From a virus, in IMG/VR virus record IMGVR_UViG_3300045988_060960: 64,000 nucleotides of DNA; one strand, written 5' to 3'. The notes beneath the pieces are model-generated. The model made no database searches, was not told where the DNA came from, and was given only the letters and a program-made list of their open reading frames with translations. Positions within the stretch are counted from its first letter, which is position 1, and the number at the start of each line of letters is the position of its first letter. Below are positions 1-7,794 of this stretch, piece by piece. The position numbers and the translations under genes are program-made.

Positions 1-28
1 TCAAGATGGTTAGCTCTATTTGCCTATA

Positions 29-187
29 TTAGTCCGCCGCTTCAAACGCCTCGCACGGGGCGTTGTTGATTTCTCCGTAGAACCGGATGTCGTCGTCCTG
101 AGAAACCTCCAAGCCTTTTACTTTGCAGAGGCAATCGCCGTCGCAAACGTCGTTGGGAACGCAGTTCTTGCATTTGCCGCAGGTCAT
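29..187 (-). CDS. Small Cys-rich hypothetical protein (52 aa)
   Basis: Absent from the ORF track (under 60 aa). My minus-strand translation is MTCGKCKNCVPNDVCDGDCLCKVKGLEVSQDDDIRFYGEINNAPCEAFEAAD*. The ATG at 187-185 follows GGAAGGAGGAAATAAT and lies about 45 nt downstream of a consensus promoter. Confidence 0.5.
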   Translation of the reverse strand: MTCGKCKNCVPNDVCDGDCLCKVKGLEVSQDDDIRFYGEINNAPCEAFEAAD

Positions 188-231
188 ATTATTTCCTCCT
201 TCCGCGGGCTTCCGCTTTTCTTTCTATTCTC

Positions 232-260
232 ATTATAGCACTTTAAGTCGTTTTTGTCAA
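232..260 (-). promoter_or_regulatory. Sigma-70-type promoter TTGACA-17-TATAAT reading leftward
   Basis: On the minus strand, TTGACA is at 260-255, followed by a 17-nt spacer and TATAAT at 237-232. The promoter plus leader is nearly identical to the one at 18507-18560. Confidence 0.55.
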
Positions 261-262
261 TG

Positions 263-289
263 TTTTTCGGGAAAATTTTTCCCGAAAAA
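263..289. promoter_or_regulatory. Perfect 27-bp A/T-tract palindrome, candidate operator
   Basis: TTTTTCGGGAAAA-T-TTTTCCCGAAAAA (13+1+13) lies 2 nt upstream of the -35 box. Degenerate copies sit next to the promoters at 18477-18503 and 19395-19425. Confidence 0.5.
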
Positions 290-349
290 ATACTTAAAAG
301 AAAAAAGTGGCGCAGCGGGCTTACTGGCCTGCCGCGCCACTTTCTCGCG

Positions 350-832
350 TCAGTTGGATTTAATGAGACGGGTCAGGAGCGAATCGTACAGTTCCTGAAG
401 GATCTTGCACCGCGCCTCTGCTTCTGCAAGACGGGTGTCCAAATCGGGAATGGGGGGGGTCTCCTCACTTCGAGCTTCGGGCATCGAATCAGCACCGGCT
501 GCCGGAGCAAGACCGAGAGAAATCAGCATTGCCGTCTCGATGCTGCTCATCTCTGCATCCGTCACAGTACCACAGTAGCTTCCGATGCGCTCGGTGGCAA
601 CCGTGGTGATCTGCTCACAGATCGCAGTGCTGACACGGCTGGTACTGCGGATCGTGACGTGCGTGGGGAGATCGTGCTTGGGTGCGGTGGTGAGGTACAC
701 CATCTCCACGGTGCTGCTGTGCTTGTTGTTGGCGTCGTTGGACACGATGATGGCAGGGCGACCCGGGCGCTGCTCGCTACCTGTGCTGTACCCGCTCTCG
801 ACATACCAGATGCTTCCGCGAACAAAATCCAT
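350..832 (-). CDS. PemK/MazF-family endoribonuclease toxin-like protein with a C-terminal extension of about 50 aa
   Basis: The product MDFVRGSIWYVESGYSTGSEQRPGRPAIIVSND...VYLTTAPKHDLPTHVTI...QITTVATERIG matches the MazF/PemK pattern (G.IW.V...GSEQ.G.RPA.V.S...TT). Start moved to the ATG at 832, which follows GAGGAGG plus 8 nt. The ATG at 850 overlaps that ribosome-binding site. Confidence 0.8.
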   Translation of the reverse strand: MDFVRGSIWYVESGYSTGSEQRPGRPAIIVSNDANNKHSSTVEMVYLTTAPKHDLPTHVTIRSTSRVSTAICEQITTVATERIGSYCGTVTDAEMSSIETAMLISLGLAPAAGADSMPEARSEETPPIPDLDTRLAEAEARCKILQELYDSLLTRLIKSN

Positions 833-846
833 CGCTATGTACCTCC

Positions 847-1578
847 TCACAGGTTGAAATCAATATCGCTGTCTTCAAACTTCGTCCCGTAAGCGTCGTT
901 GTAACTCACGATACACTCACCGGGAATATAGCTCTCGCCATCGGGGCTAAATCGTCCGGAACGAAGCACACTACGCAACGTGAGCGTAGACCGGTGCTTG
1001 TCCTCTCCCATGATGGCTTCTGCCTCATCCGCCGTAATGTTCAGTGTCACACCGAGACGCATCCACAGCTTTTTTGCCGCTGCTTCTGCCGGCTTGTTAT
1101 GCCGACAGCTATCCGTATCCCGGCTGTAATCGCAGTCGCCTGTTCCGCTATGCTGGCACTCATCACACAGCATCAGCCGCTTGCCGCAGACGGGGCAAAA
1201 GGCTTTATAGCCGTGGGCGTCGGTATTCCACACCATCTCGATCTCGCTCCCGCAGTGCGGACAAGCCTCCGTGACGATGTATGTTCTCGGTTCATCCTTT
1301 TCCAGATACGCTTTACGCAGAAGCTCTGCGGCCTGAAATACCGTGTCATCGGAAGCGGGACAGCCATCGCAGGTGTTGCCGTTCGCCCAGTTTTCGAGAC
1401 GTTTGATAACGCTTTTCGGGTCGCTCGACATAACCTTTTCAGCGGTCATGTCCGTAATTTCCGAATCGAAGAAATCAATCTCCATTCCAGTAGCCTTGCT
1501 CTTTGCCTCCCGCTCAGACGAGGCTTCTACCTCTACTTCGCCGTGGCGGAGTTCACTCACTCTGACTTTGTACTTCAT
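847..1578 (-). CDS. Hypothetical protein with zinc-ribbon-like Cys pairs
   Basis: 243-aa ORF with CPHCG...CPVCG...CDECQ motifs. It has 4-nt overlaps with neighbours in the same operon. Confidence 0.7.
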   Translation of the reverse strand: MKYKVRVSELRHGEVEVEASSEREAKSKATGMEIDFFDSEITDMTAEKVMSSDPKSVIKRLENWANGNTCDGCPASDDTVFQAAELLRKAYLEKDEPRTYIVTEACPHCGSEIEMVWNTDAHGYKAFCPVCGKRLMLCDECQHSGTGDCDYSRDTDSCRHNKPAEAAAKKLWMRLGVTLNITADEAEAIMGEDKHRSTLTLRSVLRSGRFSPDGESYIPGECIVSYNDAYGTKFEDSDIDFNL

Positions 1579-1964
1579 CCAAATACTACCTCCCCAAATA
1601 ACGCATACTGTACGATGGTATCAGCACAATCGGCGTCCATGTCTGACATATCAACAGAACCATCTTCTGCATTGATTGTGATGGGCGCGCCATCTTCAAT
1701 CGCCTTAGTTAAGCCACGCAGAAATTTGTCCAGCGTCAGCTCCCACTTGTCACTGCTCTCGATGTCATAGAGCATGAGGGAGCCGCCCCGCGCGATCTGC
1801 TCGCTGGCATACTCACCAAGCCTTTTGCCGACCGGATTTGCCGCTCTGCACCAGTGCGTGATACCGCCCTCCAAAGCGGTACACATGATGTCGTCGATGT
1901 CCTGCGTTGACACGCGCACTTTCAGTTCAAGCTCCACCTCGAACTCGCGGGTTTCGTTTTTCAC
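1575..1964 (-). CDS. Hypothetical phage protein
   Basis: 129-aa ORF with start and stop overlaps to flanking genes. I recognised no motif. Confidence 0.65.
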   Translation of the reverse strand: MKNETREFEVELELKVRVSTQDIDDIMCTALEGGITHWCRAANPVGKRLGEYASEQIARGGSLMLYDIESSDKWELTLDKFLRGLTKAIEDGAPITINAEDGSVDMSDMDADCADTIVQYALFGEVVFG

Positions 1965-2164
1965 TTCGATACCTCCTCAAAACTTTCCCTGCTGGCTGAA
2001 GCCAGCACTTCGTTGCCGTACTCGGTGAGCATCTCTTTGAACCAGCGCTCATTCTTTTCCAGCCACTTCTCGGCTTGTGCCTCGGTGAGCGTGATACCGT
2101 TCTGCTCTGCGGCCGCGATCACGTCTTCGGCGCACCAACGTACAACGCCGTACCACCTTTCCAA
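1961..2164 (-). CDS. Hypothetical phage protein
   Basis: 67-aa ORF that overlaps the downstream gene by 4 nt. Confidence 0.55.
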   Translation of the reverse strand: MERWYGVVRWCAEDVIAAAEQNGITLTEAQAEKWLEKNERWFKEMLTEYGNEVLASASRESFEEVSK

Positions 2165-2178
2165 TCAGCATCCTCCTC

Positions 2179-2592
2179 TCACCAAGTCCGCCGCAAACCG
2201 GAAGCGGGGGTCAACGCAACGCCGATGCAGCCGAACTCAGAGCAGTCCGGCATATCGCGATTGTACACATAAGCGAGCTGCTGCCCGTCCTCGATGTCTG
2301 CGCGGTCTCGCCCCCACTCCTCGGGATAATCGCTGACGTACAGGTAGCTTTCCATCTCGCCGAGGGATGTGAAGCTGTGGATGACGTGGTAAACCAGTGC
2401 GTTATTCTTTTCCTCGAATTCACGCACCCGAGCGAGCTGCTCGCCCTCCAACCAGTAGCAGGCCCCGAGAGGCGGGGCGCTTTCAGATACGAGATCCTCT
2501 TTCTCGAACTGCTTGCGGATGCCGGGGAAAATACCCCACAGCTTCATCCGGGCAATCGCTTCGGCTTTCTTTGCTTCTCTCGTTACACTCAT
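2179..2592 (-). CDS. Hypothetical phage protein
   Basis: The ORF track starts this at a TTG (2610). The ATG at 2592 follows AAAGGAG plus 8 nt and gives MSVTREAKKAEAI... (137 aa). Confidence 0.65.
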   Translation of the reverse strand: MSVTREAKKAEAIARMKLWGIFPGIRKQFEKEDLVSESAPPLGACYWLEGEQLARVREFEEKNNALVYHVIHSFTSLGEMESYLYVSDYPEEWGRDRADIEDGQQLAYVYNRDMPDCSEFGCIGVALTPASGLRRTW

Positions 2593-2606
2593 CGTGAAAA
2601 CTCCTT

Positions 2607-2945
2607 TCAAACCAGATTTTTGCTCATAAAATCGTCGAACTCTTTGTAGTTCGACCAGCCATTCGCATTACCCGCTCGGTGCATTATGTTCCACAGGCCG
2701 AGCAGATCATCGTCGTACCCCATCGTGTCCACGACGAGGTTCTGGTGGAGACAGTACGCTGTCCACAGAGCCAGCAGCTGGGTGCGGTAGACATCCTCCG
2801 TAAAGTCTCCCTCGATAATGAACGCTTTCATGTACCCGAACTCTGCCGTACGGTTAAGCGTGGCGAACTGCCGTTCGATGTACTGCGCGGCGTCCAGATA
2901 CCCGCCGATTTTCAGTTCAGCGATGATTTTCTGCACATCCACCAT
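2607..2945 (-). CDS. Hypothetical phage protein
   Basis: 112-aa ORF in the operon. I recognised no motif. Confidence 0.65.
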   Translation of the reverse strand: MVDVQKIIAELKIGGYLDAAQYIERQFATLNRTAEFGYMKAFIIEGDFTEDVYRTQLLALWTAYCLHQNLVVDTMGYDDDLLGLWNIMHRAGNANGWSNYKEFDDFMSKNLV

Positions 2946-2948
2946 TAT

Positions 2949-3191
2949 TCACCACCATTCTACGTCGCGGATTATGCCCCGGACCACCTGGGAGAGAGAC
3001 CAGTAGATGAACGGCAGAAACAGGGCGAAAACCTCGCCGCCCACGGCGAAATACCCGCGCTGCTGGAAGGCATACGCAGCGCCGCAGCGATAAAGCCAGA
3101 TTCCTACCAGCGTGAGCAGGCCGTACTTGATGATCGTAACCCAGCGGGCGATGTGCTTCCTACGCCCTCGGACCGGATGTCTTTTGTTCAT
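2949..3191 (-). CDS. Small membrane protein (80 aa)
   Basis: The ATG at 3191 follows AAAAGGAGGA. The product MNKRHPVRGRRKHIARWVTIIKYGLLTLVGIWLY...FALFLPFIYW has two hydrophobic segments. Confidence 0.6.
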   Translation of the reverse strand: MNKRHPVRGRRKHIARWVTIIKYGLLTLVGIWLYRCGAAYAFQQRGYFAVGGEVFALFLPFIYWSLSQVVRGIIRDVEWW

Positions 3192-3196
3192 AGCCG

Positions 3197-3334
3197 TCAA
3201 TCCTCCTTTTCCCATTCCATTTGCGCCCGGAGCGTTCGGGCGTACTCGTTGTACGCCCGAACGCTTTCCAGGCTGGCCCAATCGACTTGCTTATGCCGCT
3301 CGGCAAGAGCCGCATAATACTCAGCCTGCGTCAC
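3197..3334 (-). CDS. Small hypothetical protein (45 aa), GTG start
   Basis: Absent from the ORF track. The GTG overlaps the peptidase stop (GTGA). My translation is VTQAEYYAALAERHKQVDWASLESVRAYNEYARTLRAQMEWEKED*. Confidence 0.4.
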   Translation of the reverse strand: MTQAEYYAALAERHKQVDWASLESVRAYNEYARTLRAQMEWEKED

Positions 3335-4371
3335 TGAGGAAGCACCTCCTCCTCATCGTAGCCGAACATCCCGTAGTAGTCCTCGCCGAACTCAGACTGG
3401 CAGAGCATCGTGATTGCCCCATCGCCCATCTCCTCGCGCATCGCATCGAGTTCCTCCGGCGTGTAGAAGTCCAGCAGCGCAAAGTATTCCTCGCGGATAC
3501 TGTCGGGGATATGGGAGAGGTCAGCTCCGTCGCAGTCCGGCTCCAACTCGATGACCTTGCCGCCCTTCGTAGGCGGAAGATCTTTGGGGCGCAGACACGC
3601 GGAGCCACGATCGTAATAGTAGTCGTTGCCCCAATGGCCCCAGCCTCTGCCGAACGACCGCGCTGCCTCGATGTACTCGAACCGGGGGAAGTTGGAGGTC
3701 GTGGATTCTTCAACAATCTCCAAGACCTTTTTTACCGTCTGGTTCAGGTGTTTTCTGTTGATATACTCGTGGAGGGTGTGGGCGTTGTAATACCCAGAGG
3801 AAAGATTTACGGCTGCAACACCGAGCGCGGGCGCCACGTAAGAGATGTCGCTAAACGAACCCCACTCGGTAGCGAAGCCTTTTCCAGTTATGTAACTCTC
3901 GAACTCCGGGTTCTCGCAATCGTAATACACTGCATCGTTGCGGCCCTTGCGGTCGATTTCAATGAGCAGCTTCAAGTTACTCAGTTCTTTCGGGAGGCGG
4001 CCTTTCCCATGCTTTTCACAGAACGCGCTTGCGCCTACGCCGCCGACTTCCTCATCGCAGGTGAACAGGAGCCACGGCTTCACTTTGGCCTGCTCATAAA
4101 CTGCGTTCAGAGCATAAACGCCACAGCGGTCGTCACCGCCGATCCCCTGCGGAGACATCAGGATATTCCCGTTGTCCGAGCGGCAGATAGTCTTGACCCG
4201 CTCCTTGTGTACCGTATCGAGGTGAGCCAGCAGCATAACGGGTGCTTCGCCCTTCACGAGAAGATATTTGCCTTTCAAAACAAAGGTGTCTGCGCAGGTG
4301 CGGTATTTCGTCCGCAACATATCAAAAAGCTCTTTCTGGGTCTGGGTCAGGTAATGCTCCAAGGGTTTCAT
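3331..4371 (-). CDS. M20/M28-type metallopeptidase-like protein with an acidic C-terminal extension
   Basis: The motifs MLLAHLDTVH, GIGGDDRCGV and FTCDEEVGGVGA resemble the metal-ligand motifs of M20/M28/M42 peptidases (family recalled from memory). Confidence 0.7.
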   Translation of the reverse strand: MKPLEHYLTQTQKELFDMLRTKYRTCADTFVLKGKYLLVKGEAPVMLLAHLDTVHKERVKTICRSDNGNILMSPQGIGGDDRCGVYALNAVYEQAKVKPWLLFTCDEEVGGVGASAFCEKHGKGRLPKELSNLKLLIEIDRKGRNDAVYYDCENPEFESYITGKGFATEWGSFSDISYVAPALGVAAVNLSSGYYNAHTLHEYINRKHLNQTVKKVLEIVEESTTSNFPRFEYIEAARSFGRGWGHWGNDYYYDRGSACLRPKDLPPTKGGKVIELEPDCDGADLSHIPDSIREEYFALLDFYTPEELDAMREEMGDGAITMLCQSEFGEDYYGMFGYDEEEVLPQ

Positions 4372-6056
4372 ACAGCTTCCTCCTTTTCATTCTCCTCGAC
4401 AACTGCTCCGCAAGCGGGGCAGGTGCCATCGTTCCGAGCCTCAATCAAATCGCCGCAGTGCGGACAGGTTTCATAGAGTCTCGCACAGTCATCGCAAACT
4501 GTCACGACATCTCCGTCGGCTTTGTGGAGGGTCTGGACATCATCGCCGTGATACAGCTCATCACACCTGTCGCAAATGTAATAATCATCCATGCAATCGT
4601 CGCAGACATAAACCTCACGACTGCCGTTGTGAGCCAGGTGCATATCCTCCCGGCGGTGATATTCGCCGCACTCCTCACACTCCTCGTAATACTCGGAGAG
4701 ACAGCTGTCACAAACATCTCGACCGTCGATGTAATTCACGCTATCATTCGCGTGATATTCGCCGCAGACATCGCAGTAGGTGTAGTTCTCATCGCGGCAA
4801 CGCTCGCAAACCCGAATCCACTCGCCGCGCGAGTTGCGAACATCGAACAGCTCCTCCTCGTATTCCTCGCAATCGTCACACATCTCCGTGTCCCTGTTTT
4901 CCGGGTCGCAATCCTCGCAGTAAACGCCGTGACTGGTTTCGCAGCCGCACATTACGCAAAGCCCCCAGGTTCCAACATCGAGCGGGTTCGCATTTTGGTC
5001 AAAATCAACTCGGGTGCTGATGTGTCCGTCAAAGTCCGGGTAGGCCCAGTCGTGATACCCGCCAAAGCCCTCTCCGACGCAAACCAAATCGCGCCGATCT
5101 CCGGTGGACGAGGTGGTTTTCCACAGGTTCGGGACATTTTCGAGGGCGGAGATTTCACGCTGAACCAGATCGCGGTACAGTTTGGAATCTTCCGCAGCTC
5201 CGTAAACGCCTCCCGACGTGTTGTACATCCGGCTCTGCAAAAGCAGTCCGCTGCCGGGGCGATACGCAAAAATCTGCCGCGTGGTCTTGCGGTTATTAAG
5301 CGTTTCTGCATCCGTCGGGTCTGCTACGGTGAAAACGATGAAGCTAACATCGTCCCGAGCATATCCGGTGCAGCCGTTGTTGTACTCATACTCGGTCGAG
5401 TTAAACGAGTGGCAGCTCGTGAGCGTGCTTCCGCGATCATCGCATTTCGGATTGCTCATCGTGATGAAATGCGCCGGGTTGATGCTGACGAACATCTTGA
5501 ACCCAATCTTCTTGGAGTTCAGCTCATCCGCGAACTGTGCGAATAGCCGCTGGAACTCGCTGCCGGCGGTTTCGTCCGCCACACCAAGTTCAACACACAG
5601 AGCCTTAAAAATACGGCTCGGTTTTCGAGCGGGGGCGTAGGCTTTAGGAGCCAGTCGTTTAATAGCCGCGATATACTGCTCGCGCATATAATCATCGGCG
5701 TTCGGCTCAGAAAAGAACCGGATTGCGTAAACGATGTTGTCCCGAAGGATTCGGTCCCCATTGTGCATGGGGTCGTACAGAATCTGGCGGGCAAGCCGTT
5801 CGATGCGATTATAGTCAGGGTTGTGGGTTCTGGTTCCGTTGATAACCAGCGCGTCCAACTTAGTGTTCCAGACCGGGGACTTGCTGAACAACTCGCGCAG
5901 CCCCTGCTTTGCGATGCTGCTGTCCTTCGCAAGGCGCTTGATGAATTTCTCCGATACATCATTCAGCACATCGCGCTGACGGGTGTGGCGTCCGTAGTCT
6001 TCCATTGCCGTTCTGATATTCTGTTCGGCCTGCTCGATGATTTCCTGCATTTCCAT
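4368..6056 (-). CDS. Large hypothetical protein; the C-terminal third is an array of CxxC zinc-ribbon-like units
   Basis: 562 aa. The C-terminal region runs CVMCGC..CEDCD..CDDCE..CERCR..CDVCG..CDSCL..CEECG..CDDCM..CDRCD..CDDCA..CPHCG..CPACG. The N-terminal two-thirds are unrecognised. Confidence 0.75.
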   Translation of the reverse strand: MEMQEIIEQAEQNIRTAMEDYGRHTRQRDVLNDVSEKFIKRLAKDSSIAKQGLRELFSKSPVWNTKLDALVINGTRTHNPDYNRIERLARQILYDPMHNGDRILRDNIVYAIRFFSEPNADDYMREQYIAAIKRLAPKAYAPARKPSRIFKALCVELGVADETAGSEFQRLFAQFADELNSKKIGFKMFVSINPAHFITMSNPKCDDRGSTLTSCHSFNSTEYEYNNGCTGYARDDVSFIVFTVADPTDAETLNNRKTTRQIFAYRPGSGLLLQSRMYNTSGGVYGAAEDSKLYRDLVQREISALENVPNLWKTTSSTGDRRDLVCVGEGFGGYHDWAYPDFDGHISTRVDFDQNANPLDVGTWGLCVMCGCETSHGVYCEDCDPENRDTEMCDDCEEYEEELFDVRNSRGEWIRVCERCRDENYTYCDVCGEYHANDSVNYIDGRDVCDSCLSEYYEECEECGEYHRREDMHLAHNGSREVYVCDDCMDDYYICDRCDELYHGDDVQTLHKADGDVVTVCDDCARLYETCPHCGDLIEARNDGTCPACGAVVEENEKEEAV

Positions 6057-6061
6057 AACTC

Positions 6062-6499
6062 TTACCTCCTGAGCATTCCATCGTTGATGTAGTTGGCGAA
6101 GATCCAGTTCCGACAGGTCTTCTGCCGGCGAGTGTAAATTCCCGGCGGATTGGGAACATAATCCTCAAAGTGAATGCGCCGCGCGTCCGTGATCTTCAAT
6201 CGGATGAGCCGGTTGTTCACCGTAACTGTTTCGCCGGGAGCGGGGATGAACGCGATGTGCGTATTCTGGTGGTAGTTGAATCCGGCGCTCAGTCCGCAGA
6301 GGTAATACGCGACTGCTTTCGGGTGCTCGATAACGTCGATGTCGATGAGCGCCTTGGGCTGGTGCAGAGTTCCGTAGTAAACCCGATTGTCTTTTCCACC
6401 GATGAAACATTCCGCACAGCATTTACTGATGTCAACTCTGCGGATATCCCGCAGCCAGAAAAACTCGTGATATTTTTTGACTTCAAGCGTGAGGTGCAT
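6062..6499 (-). CDS. Cys-containing 145-aa family protein, paralog 1 of 3 (function unknown)
   Basis: MHLTLEVKKYHEFFWLRDIR..CCAECFIG..AYYLCGLS..NTHIAFIP..TCRNWIFANY. It shares these blocks with 19896-20330 and 57538-58008. The ribosome-binding site is AAGGAGGTG. Confidence 0.8.
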   Translation of the reverse strand: MHLTLEVKKYHEFFWLRDIRRVDISKCCAECFIGGKDNRVYYGTLHQPKALIDIDVIEHPKAVAYYLCGLSAGFNYHQNTHIAFIPAPGETVTVNNRLIRLKITDARRIHFEDYVPNPPGIYTRRQKTCRNWIFANYINDGMLRR

Positions 6500-6966
6500 T
6501 ACTTCACCTCCTTCTGCTCGTCCGCGACCTCGGTCTTTTCGGGGGTCTTCTTCTTACGACCGCGCTTCTTGGGCGCGGTCTTTTTCTTTCCGGTCTCCTT
6601 CTTCGTGACCGGCTCGTCAACCGCCCAGCTCAGCTGAACTTTGAAGCTGCCATCGCACATCTTCTCGATCTCGCAGCTCCAACCCTCACCGCTCACCGAG
6701 ACGGAATCGTCATCGCGGTTCGCGCTGTCCGCAGCGGTCTGGATCTGGCTCATGGCGTCCTCCGCTACGATCTGAAGTGCCTCGGCAGCTTTGAGATACT
6801 CAGCCAGCCAGAAAGCGGCTTTCTTGTAACTGCGCACCGTGTAGGTCGCATCCGCCTGACAGCGGCCAGACCCGATCACGATGTCCATGACATTCTCGGT
6901 CTCCGAGAAGTTCGCCTGACCGGGTTCGTGAACCTTGACCCAACGTCCCTGTTTTAGTTCTGCCAT
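6499..6966 (-). CDS. Hypothetical protein with a Lys/Arg-rich C-terminal tail
   Basis: 155 aa. The tail KKETGKKKTAPKKRGRKKKTPEK suggests nucleic-acid binding (inference). Confidence 0.65.
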   Translation of the reverse strand: MAELKQGRWVKVHEPGQANFSETENVMDIVIGSGRCQADATYTVRSYKKAAFWLAEYLKAAEALQIVAEDAMSQIQTAADSANRDDDSVSVSGEGWSCEIEKMCDGSFKVQLSWAVDEPVTKKETGKKKTAPKKRGRKKKTPEKTEVADEQKEVK

Positions 6967-7057
6967 TTGTTTGTCCTCCTTAGCAGTAATTCCGACCTGC
7001 CATCATCAGCGCCGGGGAGGTCGGCCCCCGGCGGACGCCCTTTCGGGCGTTTCGGCT

Positions 7058-7207
7058 TCAAACTGCTGCTTTCAGGCTTTTTATGTACTTTCGCTCGGCT
7101 TCAATGTAGGCGATGTCCTCCTCGCTCGGACCGGTGTCAGACTGGATCAGGTCTTCGATGAATCCCATCAGCGCCGTCTCCAAAATCTCTATGAACTTCT
7201 TATCCAT
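7058..7207 (-). CDS. Small acidic hypothetical protein (49 aa), first gene of the leftward operon
   Basis: Absent from the ORF track. My translation is MDKKFIEILETALMGFIEDLIQSDTGPSEEDIAYIEAERKYIKSLKAAV*. The ribosome-binding site is AAAGGAG. Confidence 0.5.
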   Translation of the reverse strand: MDKKFIEILETALMGFIEDLIQSDTGPSEEDIAYIEAERKYIKSLKAAV

Positions 7208-7265
7208 CTGAAAGTCTCCTTTCTTGACTGCCGGTGTTTTTGCTCAACTCCGGCCAATTATTGAA

Positions 7266-7772
7266 ATGGCTAAATCCCCTAAAATTGCTCTCGCTCTTGC
7301 GGCGGCAACTACGCTGCTTTGTCTCGCTGCCTGCGGGCCGAAGAACACGTCTCTGCCAGAACCGGAGGTGGAAGTTCTGCCTTCGGAGCCATACATCACG
7401 TCTGAGGCGCCGCAGGGCGAGAGCACATATTCTCCCAATCCTTGGTCTGATGAAGACGTGAACGCTATGGCGCTTACCCTCGCTGGGGAGTGCTACGAGG
7501 ACAAGCAGGAAGATAAACGGCTTGTCTGCGAAGTAATCCTGAACAGAGTGAGCGACGGCGGATTCGGCGGAGAAACTGTGCTGAGCGTGGTTTCTGCACC
7601 GAACCAATTCGACGGATACTGGAACCAGTCAAGGCCCGTAAGTGAGAACGATTACGCTGTTGCTGAGCAGGCTTTGGAAGACTGGCACGAAAACGGCTGC
7701 GAGCCGCTTTCGGATTACCTGTACTTCAGCGCTGGACCTGATCGGGAGAATGTTTTCAGGACTGACTATTGA
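7266..7772 (+). CDS. SleB-like cell-wall hydrolase lipoprotein
   Basis: MAKSPKIALALAAATTLLCLAACGPK has a lipobox (LAAC). LTLAGECYED...VILNRV...VVSAPNQFDGYW resembles the SleB/Hydrolase_2 family. Confidence 0.75.
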   Translation: MAKSPKIALALAAATTLLCLAACGPKNTSLPEPEVEVLPSEPYITSEAPQGESTYSPNPWSDEDVNAMALTLAGECYEDKQEDKRLVCEVILNRVSDGGFGGETVLSVVSAPNQFDGYWNQSRPVSENDYAVAEQALEDWHENGCEPLSDYLYFSAGPDRENVFRTDY

Positions 7773-7794
7773 ACAACTACAAGGAGGACAAAAA

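Noticed and set aside
20-398. Plus-strand ORFs at the left edge (20-238, 123-398, 254-892).
   Set aside because: They run across a promoter, an operator and the MazF-like gene on the other strand. The minus-strand small gene with a ribosome-binding site and the MazF-like homology explain the region better.
7009-7050. Two GC-rich hairpins (CCGGGG...CCCCGG and ACGCCC-TTTC-GGGCGT) between 6966 and 7058, considered as a possible terminator.
   Set aside because: Neither strand has a U-run after them, and the operon appears to continue. Possibly an RNA stability element, but I cannot support a call.
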